64,000 bases of DNA from the human T2T-CHM13v2.0 reference genome, Homo sapiens: the NCBI RefSeq assembly GCF_009914755.1, contig NC_060931.1; one strand, 5' to 3'. Below the pieces are notes generated by a model that saw nothing but the letters and a program-made list of their open reading frames with translations, had not been told where the DNA came from and did not search any database. Positions 1 to 17,274 of this stretch are shown piece after piece. Position 1 is the first letter of the stretch, and every line of letters starts with the position of its first letter. The translations under genes were made by a program, and so were the position numbers.

Positions 1-169
1 TCCACTTTCTTGTTTTCAAACAGGAAACTACTGGGAATAGGTACTATCATAGGATCCTGGACTAATAATAGAATCCTAAACTGTTCTTGTTGACTCTCCC
101 TCATATCTACCCCAAGGTCTCCTCCAACCCGTTTAGGTTCCACTCTGATACCTCAGATGAAATGAAAGT

Positions 170-350
170 ATGCCATATGCCATCACTGCTTAAAACCCTC
201 CCTATTGCCTGGAGAATACAATCTGGGTTTCTTAGCATGAAATAAGTATTGAGCAATCTGGTCTTGGCCCGTCTTTTTGCTTCCTCCTTTCTTTTACCTT
301 GTGCTATAGTAATGCTAAACAGTGAGTACTTTATGCTGTTTCACACTTCT
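170..350 (+). mobile_element. L2 LINE fragment
   Basis: CTGCTTAAAACCCTC...ATTGCC...AGAATA...CTTAGCATG resembles the L2 3' region; L2-like sequence appears to resume at ~975-1240 after an L1 insertion. Confidence 0.55.
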
Positions 351-365
351 GCCAACTTTGTCGAA

Positions 366-905
366 ATATCACACAATCCCAATCCTAGATATTTACCCAA
401 GAGAAATAAAAACATCTGTCCATACAAAAGCCTGTACATAAATGCTTATAGCCACTTTATTAATAATCTAAGAAACTGGAAACAACCCAAATGTTCATCA
501 ATTGGGGAATGAATTAAGACTCAGGGTTACATCCATCAATGGAATACCACTCAGCAGTAAAAAGGAACAAACTACTGATATATGCAACAACATGGGTGAC
601 TCTCATATGCTTTACGCTAAGTGAATGAAGACAGACTCAAAAGACTACATATTGTACATCCCATTTATGTGATAACTTGGAAAAGGCGAAATTGTGGGAA
701 CAGAAAATCTGTCAGTGGTCACCAGGAACTGAGGTAGGGGTAGGGCATTGACTACAAACGGACATAAGGCAGCTTTAGGGGGTGATGGAAATGTTCTTTG
801 ATTGTGGTGATAGTTACATGACTATATGCATTTGTCTAAATTCAAAGAACTGAACACCACAAAACAAATGGATTTTACTGCATGTAAATTATATCTTAAT
901 AAACT
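366..905 (+). mobile_element. Old L1 (L1ME/L1MC-like) 3' end
   Basis: ORF2 C-terminal remnant (CTAGATATTTACCCAAGAGAAATAAAAACAT, AACTGGAAACAACCCAAATGT) followed by an L1M 3' UTR ending ATTATATCTTAATAAA. Confidence 0.8.
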
Positions 906-3900
906 TTACATTTAAAAGTCACATATCTTATTTCACTTTTGTCCATCTATTCATGCACTTTTTAAACAATCTCCTTCATTTTGGGGCAACTCCTGCTTAC
1001 CTTTAAGACCTCAACCTTAAGTATCAATCTCCTCCAAGTAATTATGCCTCAATTCCATGCTAGGCTGTGGGCTTCTCCTCTGAGCTTTTCCACCACCTGT
1101 GCATACATTTGTCTCTTATGATACATAAAATATAGAACCCGTGCCTGACACTGCACCACAAACTCCTTAAGAGAAAATAAAAGTTTTATTTATTTTTACA
1201 TCCGAAAACACTCAATGTAAGAACCCCACAAATGCTTGTTGTACACCTTAAAGTTATGTTTGGAACTTTGCTATCTTCTAAAATAGAGGTGGAAATTATA
1301 GAATGTACTTGATTTAAACTCAAGTCCATTTGACTATTGTATGAAGTCTGTTTTCATATTAGAAATAGTGCAACGAAGTTACTGTCACACAGTCTAATTA
1401 TAATACAATCTTTTAAAAGATTTACAAGCAAAATTATTGCATGGTTCTATATTTGACATATGTTTTGCTGGCAAAATGTTTGTGAGAGATATGCTAAATA
1501 TAGTAACATAAAACATCCTAAAGTTTGTAAAATATATCACAGCAGTTAATGTTGTAATAGTTCTTTTGCCTTTTTAATATTTTGAGCAAATTTTTAAAAT
1601 CTCAACTTATGCAAATGTGTGCATATAAAATTATAAAACTCTCTGGATTAAGGCAACTGAGAATTCTCATTGGTCAATGAGACATTTAGAGGATGAGGAT
1701 AATCCATGCAAATTAAACTGCTCAACTGAGCCTGTTTTGTAATATTCTAAACTGCTGACCCTATCTTCTTTCCAGAGACAGGAAAACACATTTTATGGCC
1801 TGATTATGATGCAGAGCTGTTGGGAAAATAGTTATTATGAGATAATTATATCCCAACAGAATGTGAGGTGCTTGGCTGCCCTTTGTATAGAATGTCACCT
1901 GAGGTGTAAGAGTTGTATACCACTTTTATTCTAGCAGGGAGGTTATTCTGATTCATAGCCTGTTCTGTTTTTCAGGCATTAGGCCACTGAAATGATGTTT
2001 TTCAATCAAAGGAAAAAATTAAGATAAAAGTGAAAGTTCATGATCGACTACAGTTATTAATTTAACATCTAAATCTTACATTTATATTTACTCTCTGGTA
2101 AAGAATGAAAGAATACATTTGTGTCTAAAAAAGTAGGATTTGCTGAACAGACTAGAAGGAAGAGATTCTGCAATGATTATTCCATCAAGATAGTTACAGT
2201 TTCCAATTATAACATTATCAGTCCTTCCATTTTAGAGTGGTGTCTGGGGATGAGAGTTACCGAAGCATTGCAAGGGAATGTTTAGGCACCCCAATCCCCA
2301 TCATATATGGTTGTGACAGCTATAGAATTTCATTTCCAGAATATATAATCTTCCCTTTTTATACTGATCACTGATAAATTATAAGACCCATAACAAATAG
2401 CATAAAAACTGGCTTCTAACATGAAAATATCTAATAGATCTGAAGCTTGGAATTAAAATTAAATAAAATAAAAATACATTGATAGGAAACAGGTTGAGCT
2501 ATCTGCTCACTGGGTTTTCCTCCTTTCTCTTCCCTTCTCTTTCCTATCCTCCTTTATTTCTATCTTCCATTCTTCTCTTCCACCCTTCCTTCCTATTTTA
2601 GTTACCAAGGATCAATAAATGGAGTCACAGGCAGATTTACTTTCACGCCCAATCTACTCCTAGCTCATAGTATTATAGTGAAATTCCATTTTAGTTTTAA
2701 AATAGATATAGTAGCACCTATCTTTAAAAGATTACTTGAAGAAAGTGTCCATGCCATACTATGCATCATAGCTTTGCTTTGAAATCTCATTAAAAATACA
2801 AAATGATTAGAATATGTAATTTGCAAGTGACTATTGCCTGATTCTTTTGTAATGTTTATTTTGTTTTTAAATCTCTTAACCAATATTGAAAGTGTTTTTC
2901 AGTCTCTAAAGTAGCTGTGAGAAAAAAAAATCCTACTGAAGTAAACATTTCAAGAAGCATTTATTTTTGCACTTAAACAGTCAATATTTAATCAGTAGGT
3001 TAAACATCCAATTTCAGGGTTCAAATGCAAGCTGGCTGCTAACAAAACCACTGGCAATAAATAGTATGAGTGTTCTTTCATGCAGCCATAAATTACTGTC
3101 TATTATCACTAAGCTGTTGTGAACAAAACCTCAAAAAAGTTGAATTGGTCATAAACTTAAAAAATGAATGCATGCAAAATGGTCAGTTTTGCATGACTCA
3201 TTTGAGAATGAAGGATAATATACCCACTGTAATGTAAATTCTCTCCATGCGGAGTGTTGTTGTCTTACTCTCAATACATCCCATGGCAGGGACATTTAAT
3301 GGTACAATAAAAATGCAAACATTTAATTCTTTCTGCCAAACACTCAATGGCAATACATCACATCACACACTAAGCAAAGCTAGGCAAGAAATTTGCTATA
3401 TAGTTAACAGTATTCAAAATTGTTATAATATATTCTTTTATTTTCTTCACTCCTTATCCTTATCCTTATCTTCACTCCTTTTTTCAGCACATAATACTTT
3501 TGTTCCACTGATGAAGCATATAAATATAATGTCACTTCTTTCTCTGATACACATAGCTAATTTTATTTTTAGTGAGAGTAAACATATAGGTGTATCCTAA
3601 ATCTGAACTACAGCTCTCAACTTCTAGCTTCCAAATCACAAGCAAATTAGAAAAGAAATCTTGATCTGTTTTTATCTTTTATAGAAAAAGTTGAATTGTT
3701 AACTGGTTTCTTTTGTTTGATTGTCTCTAAACTCAAGACTCTACAGGCTGAAAGATAATTTCTTCTTGGTTGCTCCTCACACTTCCTATCTTTCCTGTTC
3801 TTTTAACATTCTAGGTCTTGTGACAAAATGCTGCTTAATTCTCTATGAAATGATATCATATTTAAAAGTGTTGGCACCACTGAAGTGAACAGCAATCTGT

Positions 3901-3984
3901 GTTAATGTGGCCAGGGTAAAGCTAAATCACTGTGGCCTCTTTTGGAGATATTTTAAAAAACAAAAGAAAACAAAAACTGCTGAA

Positions 3985-4274
3985 GGCTAGGTGCCTTGTC
4001 TTACATCTGTAATTGCAGCTACTTGAGATGGTTAGGTGGGAGATCACTTGAGGCCAGGAGTTCAAGACTAGCCTGGAAAACACAATGAGACCTCGTCTCT
4101 AGAAAAAAATTAAAAATTAGTCAGGCGTGGTGGCATGTACCTGTAGTGCTAGCTACTCAGGAGGCTGAGGTTGGGGATTGCTGGACCCCGGGAGTTCAAG
4201 GTTGCAGTGAACTATGATAACACCACTGCACCCCAGGCTGGGTGACAGAGCAAGACCCTGTCTCAAAAAAACAG

Positions 4275-4314
<40 letters not shown>
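3985..4314 (+). mobile_element. AluJ (AluJo-like) with A38 tail
   Basis: Dimeric Alu with J-type right arm (GAGTTCAAGGTTGCAGTGAACTATGAT); pure A run 4277-4314. Confidence 0.9.
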
Positions 4315-4316
<2 letters not shown>

Positions 4317-5953
4317 TCGTGGGATTGTCTTGTCTTGAAATAAGAAAAAGAGAATCTATGCCAAGTGTTTACGTGCTGAGAGTACCCCTTTAAAAATACA
4401 AAAGCTACCCTACAGTTATCAATAACTACTAATTGTAAAATGTGTAAAAGGGTATTTTATTGGATAAATTAAGACAAACAGAGCTAATATAAAATGTTCT
4501 CCTAGCCCAGTTTTATGTGATGCTGGCTAACATGACACAAGCACTCTCTTCCAACAATGAAAACTAAGAAAATGAACCCAAAGAAGACTTGCATAGAAGC
4601 GTAAGTCAGATTGTTATGGTTATTTATGGTTGTGATTGTTTGGGCCATATCTTGTGAACTGACATGACTTCTTAAAGGACAAGAGAGTTAGTTGGTCACC
4701 CAGTTGAGCCCACATCAAAGCCTGAGAGGAGTCTTTCCTACCTTTTCAGGTCATTCTAGATCTAAATAATAGTAAAAGTCCCAGATCTTTAGAGGATGCT
4801 AATAGGTACTGAGCATTGGAAGCGGAGTAGGGGCAATGGTTTGGTGCTGCTGTTTCCTGCTTTGTCTACCCAACACCAGTAAATTTGTCTCTATTTAAAA
4901 GCCTTGGCAATGAATGCGAATTTTATTAGCCCATGTGGATTAAAAAGAAGTAGGAAGAGTTGTATTTACTTCTTGTGAACTTTGTTCCAGGTCTGAAGTA
5001 AAGCTCTGCAGGATGTATACGACAATGATTTTTTTTTTTTGAGCCAAAAATAAGACTTAATTCCTAGATTTGTACTAAGCACAGGAAAAAAAAAAACAAC
5101 AACATAAGACAGAAAAGTTATTTATAGTTTGTATGGCTTATTTACAGTTTTCTTCAGAAATCTCTCTGCTGCTTGCTTCTGACGTGATATCTCACATATC
5201 TTTGAAGTTCAGAACATTATTGTTTTTTTCTACCTCCCCTGGGCCATCCATAAAACCCCATACATGCTACAAAGAACAGAAGTGAAGAACAGGACAAAAC
5301 AATTAGCAGTGAAAATAAGGAATACAGCCTTTGGGCCTACCATCTTTCCTCCAACCTACAAGAGATCGGCATAGAAGGGGGAAAAACTTGAGTCAAACAC
5401 ATTTTCAGATTGGCTTCAGCTACTGACTGATACATTAAAAACATACTGTTTTTGAATCAGTTACCATCCCGGAGCCTATAATAGTATGCATCAAGGAAAA
5501 GTATAGCTTGAGAGTTATTTCTACAGGTGCAAATTTCTGTTTTCAAGTGGATAATGCATATGAATCTGTGTTTAGCATAATTGACCAAGAATCAGATTCT
5601 GGGCTCCAGTTGCAGACAGAGATAACAGAATTCTAAATATGCTTGTCTGCAACTGATGATATGACTTCTCACATATATTCTTTTCATTTAGCAAAATTTA
5701 TTTGAAAAATATTCTTTTTTTTTAAGTTTTTTTAAAATTTTTTTTTTATTATTATACTTTAGGTTTTAGGGTACATGTGCACATTGTGCAGGTTAGTTAC
5801 ATATGTATACATGTGCCATGCTGGTGCACTGCACCCACTAAATCATCATCTAGCATTAGGTATATCTCCCAATGCTATCCCTCCCCCCTCCCCCCACCCT
5901 CACAGTCTTCAGAGTGTGATATTCCCCTTCCTGTGTCCATGGGATCTCATTGT

Positions 5954-9806
<3,853 letters not shown>

Positions 9807-9842
9807 TTAGTTGATGCAGTTTCTTCCTAGTCTTGATGGTCT

Positions 9843-10859
9843 TTACATTTTGGCTTGATTTTGCAGCGGCTGGTACTGGTTGTTCCTTTCCATGTTTAGC
9901 GCTTCCTTCAGGAGCTCTTTTAGGGCAGGCCTGGTGGTGACAAAATCTCTCAGCATTTGCTTGTCTGTAAAGTATTTTATTTCTCCTTCGCTTATGAAGC
10001 TTAGTTTGGCTGGATATGAAATTCTGGGTTGAAAATTCTTTTCTTTAAGAATGTTGAATATTGGCCCCCACTCTCTTCTGGCTTGTAGGGTTTCTGCCGA
10101 GAGATCCGCTGTTAGTCTGATGGGCTTCCCTTTGAGGGTAACCCGACCTTTCTCTCTGGCTGCCCTTAACATTTTTTCCTTCATTTCAACTTTGGTGAAT
10201 CTGACAATTATGTGTCTTGGAGTTGCTCTTCTCGAGGAGTATCTTTGTGGCGTTCTCTGTATTTCCTGAATCTGAACGTTGGCCTGCCTTGTTAGATTGG
10301 GGAAGTTCTCCTGGACAATATCCTGCAGAGTGTTTTCCAACTTGGTTCCATTCTCCCCATCACTTTCAGGTACACCAATCAGACGTAGATTTGGTCTTTT
10401 CACATAGTCCCATATTTCTTGGAGGCTTTCTCATTTCTTTTTATTCTTTTTTCTCTAAACTTCCCTTCTCGCTTCATTTCATTCATTTCATCTTCCATTG
10501 CTGACACCCTTTCTTCCAGTTGATCGCATCGGCTCCTGAGGCTTCTGCATTCTTCACGTAGGTCTCGAGCCTTGGTTTTCAGCTCCATCAGCTCCTTTAA
10601 GCACTTCTCTGTATTGGTTATTCTAGTTATACATTCTTCTCAATTTTTTTTCAAAGTTTTCAACTTCTTTGCCTTTGGTTTGAATGTCCTCCCGTAGCTC
10701 AGAGTAATTTGATCGTCTGAAGCCTTCTTCTCTCAGCTCGTCAAAGTCATTCTCCATCCAGCTTTGTTCCGTTGCTGGTGAGGAACTGCGTTCCTTTGGA
10801 GGAGGAGAGGCGCTCTGCGTTTTAGAGTTTCCAGTTTTTCTGTTCTGTTTTTTCCCTAT
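9843..10859 (-). pseudogene. L1 ORF1p, disrupted
   Basis: Start codon reads ATA (10859-10857); apparent +1 indel near 10645 and -1 indel near 10430; ORF track fragments 10400-10588 (coiled coil) and 9843-10403 (RRM/CTD, ARREWG, YPAKLS). Confidence 0.93.
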
Positions 10860-11757
10860 CTTTGTGGTTTTATCTACTTTTGGTCTTTGATGATGGTGAT
10901 GTACAGATGGGTTTTTGGTGTGGATGTCCTTTCTGTTTGTTAGTTTTCCTTCTAACAGACAGTATCCTCAGCTGCAGGTCTGTTGGAATACCCTGCCGTG
11001 TGAGGTGTCAGTGTGCCCCTGCTGGGGGGTGCCTCCCAGTTAGGCTGCTCGGGGGTCAGGGGTCAGGGACCCACTTGAGGAGGCAGTCTGCCCGTTCTCA
11101 GATCTCCAGCTGCGTGTTGGGAGAACCACTGCTCTCTTCAAAGCTGTCAGACAGGGACATTTAAGTCTGCAGAGGTTACTGCTGTTTTTTTGTTTGTCTG
11201 TGCCCTGCCCACAGAGGTGGAGCCTAGAGAGGCAGGCAGGCCTCCTTGAGCTGTGGTGGGCTCCACCCAGTTCGAGCTTCCCGGCTGCTTTGTTTACCTA
11301 AGCAAGCCTGGGCAATGGCGGGCGCCCCTCCCCCAGCCTCGCTGCCGCCTTGCAGTTTGATCTCAGACTGCTGTGCTAGCAATCAGCGAGACTCCGTGGG
11401 CATAGGACCCTCCAAGCCACGTGCGGGATATAATCTCGTGGTGTGCCGTTTTTTAAGCGGGTCTGAAAAGCGCAATATTTGGGTGGGAGTGACCCGATTT
11501 TCCAGGTGCGTCCGTCACCCCTTTGTTTGACTCGGAAAGGGAACTCCCCCACCCCTTGCGCTTCCCAAGTGAGGCAATGCCTTGCCCTGCTTCGGCTCGC
11601 GCACGGTGCGCGCACCCACTGACCTGCGCCCACTGTCTGGCACTCCCTAGTGAGATGAACCCAGTACCTCAGATGGAAATGCAGAAATCACCCGTCTTCT
11701 GCGTCGCTCACGCTGGGAGCTGTAGACCGGAGCTGTTCCTATTCGGCCATCTTGGCC
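10860..11757 (-). promoter_or_regulatory. L1 5'UTR internal sense promoter plus antisense promoter; YY1 site intact
   Basis: CpG-rich 5'UTR; YY1 motif AAGATGGCC at 11745-11753; short form lacking the 129-bp ZNF93-bound segment (junction CACGGCAGGGTATTCCAACAG near 10990). Confidence 0.85.
11315..11530 (+). CDS. L1 ORF0 (71 aa, antisense to L1), open reading frame intact
   Basis: GCAATGG start in a strong Kozak context; translates MAGAPPPASLPPCSLISDCCASNQRDSVG...TRFSRCVRHPFV*, matching primate L1 ORF0; expression not shown. Confidence 0.8.
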   Translation: MAGAPPPASLPPCSLISDCCASNQRDSVGIGPSKPRAGYNLVVCRFLSGSEKRNIWVGVTRFSRCVRHPFV

Positions 11758-12463
11758 TTGAAAAATATTCTAAGTCATTGCCTTACCTTTGGAAACACTT
11801 TTAGCTAGAACTTTGTTTGCTTTGTATTTTCGGGTTCTTGGCAGTACCAGACACACAGTTGGTGCTCAATAAACAGTTGTTAAAAGGATGACAAATATGC
11901 ATTTCTACTTAATTTGGGAAATGGAGAAGTCCAGCCACATCTTCACTGCTTTACAGAAGGCTCTAGGTTTGCTGGCATTTGGGCATATGCTATATTATAT
12001 GGTGCTTGTATTAGAAAAAGACTAGCTTTGGAAGAAGGAAGTCATTGGGAATGAATAAGTCAGGAAAAAGCATACTTTTCTAAAAACATATTAATTTTCT
12101 TTTCCTTTTGTCTTATCTGAAACATCTGCCAGTAGCCATAATCTTAAATGATAATCTCACTGTATTAAAGCAATAGGTTATCTGAGAGAATTAATATGTT
12201 AATGGGTTAATACATGATCAATAATTAGTTAATTTCCTATCCACAATCAATTCACAAAAGTGTCAAGGGAGTAAGGACAGACCAGTTAGCCTGGGGTTCT
12301 GTTGAAGTCTAAAGGGGAATCACAGTAAGGAAGTCAAGGGTTAGCATGAGGGATTGGAACTGAAAACAATCATTGCTCAATAATTGCGTATAAGGCTGGT
12401 TTTATGAAAAAGATTCAAATACAATCAAATATGGTTTGGACATAAGCAGCACAAAGCAGCATG

Positions 12464-12628
12464 TCTGGAGTCAGCAAAGCTGACCAGCAATCTCCATTCT
12501 GCCAAAGAGCCACATAACCTCGGGTGAGACATTTAATGTCTTTAGACCTCATGTCCCAAGTCTGTAAAATGAAACTATCGAACTAGATGGACTCTAAGTT
12601 CTGTTCCAGCAATAAAATTCTGTGATCT
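12464..12628 (+). mobile_element. MIR (MIR3-like) SINE
   Basis: TCTGGAGTCAG...core TCTGTAAAATG...GAACTAGATG...TTCCAGC...ATTCTGTGA. Confidence 0.7.
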
Positions 12629-12789
12629 CTTGTCTTTTATCTGATTTGTCACAGAACATTTTAATATCATTGATTTTTAATAGCAAAAAAAGAAAAACAA
12701 ACACTTAAAACTTATTGCTAACATACTGAGTAAACAATGACAGTTTTATTAACCATATGTGTAAAGTGCACTTAAAACTTAAATAGACA

Positions 12790-13034
<245 letters not shown>

Positions 13035-13127
13035 TTAAATAGTATGAGAAAGTAGATCAGAATTACAGACTTGCTACTACTACTAATAATGATAATACAT
13101 TAAAATGGGTCTTTACAAACTCACAAA

Positions 13128-13870
<743 letters not shown>

Positions 13871-15530
13871 AGGAGGCTAAACTTGAAGCTCTGAGACGAT
13901 CCTGAAATCTAATATCAGCATAATTTGACAAATAGATTAATATGCATGAATTTCCAGGTTTAGTTAAACTAATAGGTGCTCTTGAAATTAGGATTTTCAG
14001 TATTTTATTATAAGAGTTACAAATCTAAGCATTCCATTCGATTCTACTGGGAAATACATTGGCTTAACACATTCAAATTTGCTTTTCTTATTTTTAAATT
14101 TTCAATTCCTGCTTTTTTCCTTTCATTTCCTTTAAAATTGATTTCTCACCTCTTAGGCTTTATCCTTATCTTTGTACTATTTCATTATTCTTACTTCCAT
14201 TTGTTTCCAGAATTATTTTCTGTTATACTCTATTTCCTTCATCAAATATATCTTCCTCTTACACCTCTCTACCTTTTTCTTTCTATCATAATTCACACTT
14301 CTCATGTGTTTCTGTTCCTTTTTGATCTTGCAATGGCTTCTTTCCTTCCTGGGACCCTTCCATTTGACCCTTTGTATTTTCTTCCATCAAAGCCATGTTT
14401 ATAAACTAGTATTATGGCAGGACATATACGTCAAGAAATTGGAGAGAAGATAAAGCATATCGTTTGGATAAACTATTTCATCAAAACTTTTGATTCATCT
14501 GTGTCCCATTTTGTACTAAGGTGGTTTCTAGTCAAAACAGTTTACTGGTAGTTTTAAGGAACTGCAGTCAGTACATATGAAGTATCTCTCATCATTAAGA
14601 GTAGCTAGTCACTATTTACAAAGTTTCTCTTAAATATTATTTGAGGGACTAATTTGCTTTGGATAAGAACTTTGAAATCTTACATGAGCATAAACCCTAT
14701 CTTTGAAATTCATACTTTATTTATGTGATAAGAACTCATAATAGTAACTTCCATATTTTCTTTTAAGGTATTACTAATATTATTACTTAAAGAGAAAAAA
14801 ACATTTTGCAGGAATAGAGGTTCATCTCTCTCAATACATTTTTCAAACTGGGTCTGATAAAAGAAAATTGTGGAACTGATGACAGAACTTGAGGATCTGG
14901 CATGAATTCCAAGAGAAGAAAATGAATGATCATTTTAGAACACATATAATAATAAAATCGTAGTAACATTCATTAGGAAATAATGTTCTAAGTGGGAGAT
15001 ACAAATCTCACATACACCTGACAGCTATGCACTTGCACACCACGTTTTTTAAAATAATGGTCATGAATTTCACATTGACAAAATTATATTACTACATGAA
15101 CATAAAATTGTATTAATGTATTAATTAATTGTATTAATGGGTGGTGAGTCTACTAGTAGTTACTCTTTTTTTCCCATACAGTATAAGCAGAAAAGTGGCT
15201 AATGCATTTGACAAACTTGTAACTATGTAATTGAGAAACACTAACTCACTTATCTTTCAAATTTTGTTTCTAAGACTCGACCTCATAGTTCACTATTATA
15301 AAGATAGATTTTTTATTTCCTCAAAGTGTTATGATTAATAGTTTCCCAGGGAAGGGAGGTGCCGTATCACATGTCACTGATCAATGGTTTCAACAACTCA
15401 TCTTTTCATTCATTTATCAAAACTTTACCGACCGTAATACACCCTGAGTTTGTTTGGTTAAGATATGATGTAACAAATGATTTAATAGAAGCATTGAATA
15501 TAGTTTTGGAAGAACAGAATGTGTAGCTTC

Positions 15531-16083
15531 TGAGAAAGAAAAAATTCCACCCCCTGACATCTAGAAATGGACTTGGCACTCAGAGGTGAACCCTGTTACT
15601 CTCCTACTGGACATAAACAACCTCACAGAATACCAACCACAGACAAGTTCAGCATAAAATGATGATAAAACAAAAGAAGCTCATTTCATAATTCTGTGTA
15701 AGTACAGACAAAAACACGTTTGCCACATTACCCACAAAATGACAAACTTCCTTATTTCTCAACTAAAATCAGGGATTGCTAGTTCCTGTCAATCGCAGCT
15801 TTATCCTTTTTCCAGGTGGCCCTCCTTGTGGATAAAACTTACTGAGAAGCCCAAGCTTAGAATTGCTCCTGCCTTCTGACAACATCTAATCTAGAGAAAA
15901 CCCCTGCGTTTTAAATGTCTTCCCTCAGATTATCCAATGAAAGCCCAAATCCTTTCAACATCCTCTTACTGATATGTCCCACAGCTTCCATAGCCAGTGC
16001 CATCCCTTGCTGCAAGGAGAAATAAACCCCATGTGTTCTGCTGCAGTGGTGTTCATCCTGGTCTGAGACCTGAAGGCATTGCA
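15531..16083 (+). mobile_element. Solo ERV1 LTR, MER67-like
   Basis: TGAGAAAG start; GGACATAAACAACCTCACAGAATACCAAC...AGACAAG motif; AATAAA at ~16021. Confidence 0.65.
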
Positions 16084-16489
16084 TTCCTCTGTACTAACAG
16101 GAGGAAAATGAAAACCTCACAGGGGAAGGGGCCCAGTGACAGTCAGGTCTTAAAGGATGAGCAGGAGTCAGGGTGGGTGGAACAAAGGACTGTCTTCTAG
16201 GCAGAGGAAACAGGATCTGTGAAGGACCAGAAGACAACAGAGCGATAGTTTGGTTTGTTTGGAATGAAAGGAACATAGGAGAAAGTGGTGGTTTATCAGA
16301 ATGAAAAAAAAAAAAAAAAGAAAAGGGATGAATGAATGAAAACAATGGGAGCCTATGTCACCTCCTGTTAGTGACAATTTATCCTCTAAGGAAAGGGGGA
16401 ATAGGGGACAATGGCATGTATTCTCAATGTGGAGAGCACACTGGCAGAGGCAACATCCAGCAAAAAATGTGCAATTTATCATTATTTTA

Positions 16490-16850
16490 CATAGTGATCT
16501 CTTGGTGATCTAGAAATCTAATTTGTTCTTTCTCTGCTGTTCTTATCTCTTCTTTGATATGAATCTGTTAAATTACAATTTTTGTCTCCTTCCAACTTAT
16601 GATTTCAAGGAAGATTAGGAACAGCTGGTCAGCAGCTGTATTGAGCAGCTTTGCATATACTTGAAGGACATTATTAAATTGTCCCGTGCTTTCTATTTTA
16701 CAATTGCATTTTCTTCGACATTTCCCTCACAACTCTCTTTTTTCCAATCTTTCTTCATGTCTGTTGTGTTCAAAACTCTCGTTGAATTCTCTATATCTCT
16801 TCTTAGGCAGGTACTCACAGCTCTAGATTAGTCTAGTGAGGAGGTAACGG
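16490..16850 (-). mobile_element. L3/CR1-like fragment
   Basis: Degenerate similarity to the antisense L3 3' region (ATATACTTGAAGGAC...ATTGTCCC...ATCTCTTCTTAGG). Confidence 0.4.
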
Positions 16851-17274
16851 CTGGGCACATCTTATCCCATTTGTTTATTTTTTATGCCTCCCTTCAAAAA
16901 GTAAACAGATATGTAGTCTTCAAAAAGTAAACTAATATATAATATACAATTATATATTTTTTATTTTGGAAAAAATATAAAGAACCATGTCAGTATCAGT
17001 TTTCATAACTTAAAATTGCTTTCATTTGGAATAATTATGTTTGGTCACTGATGTCTCCGTTGCTTGTCCTCTCTCTACCATCCCAAATTCATTGTTACGT
17101 GAGTGTGATGATGGAGTGAACAGGAGAGGAAATTTATTGTTCTAATAGCATTTAAGATCATTGCTGTTCAAAAGTAAGCCAAAACACAACAGAATAAACT
17201 GCCAAACAGAATCATTCTTTTCTAGTTTGAAATTGTTTGCTAACTAAAAGTCATATTAAATATGATCCTGGAAT

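Noticed and set aside
3247-3600. 117-aa ORF
   Set aside because: No domain similarity and contains slippage repeats (ATCCTT)n; length is compatible with chance in 64 kb
5716-5750. 3' transduction in the L1PA2 tail
   Set aside because: Only a few non-A bases interrupt a ~35-nt tail; no unique transduced sequence
10430-10650. Compensating +1/-1 frameshifts preserving ORF1 length (1017 bp)
   Set aside because: The shifted frame hits TGA and the start codon is lost, so no full-length ORF1p can be made
13976-14404. 142-aa hydrophobic ORF
   Set aside because: GTG start; the F/L/I/S-rich composition reflects T-rich low-complexity DNA; no recognisable domain or exon structure
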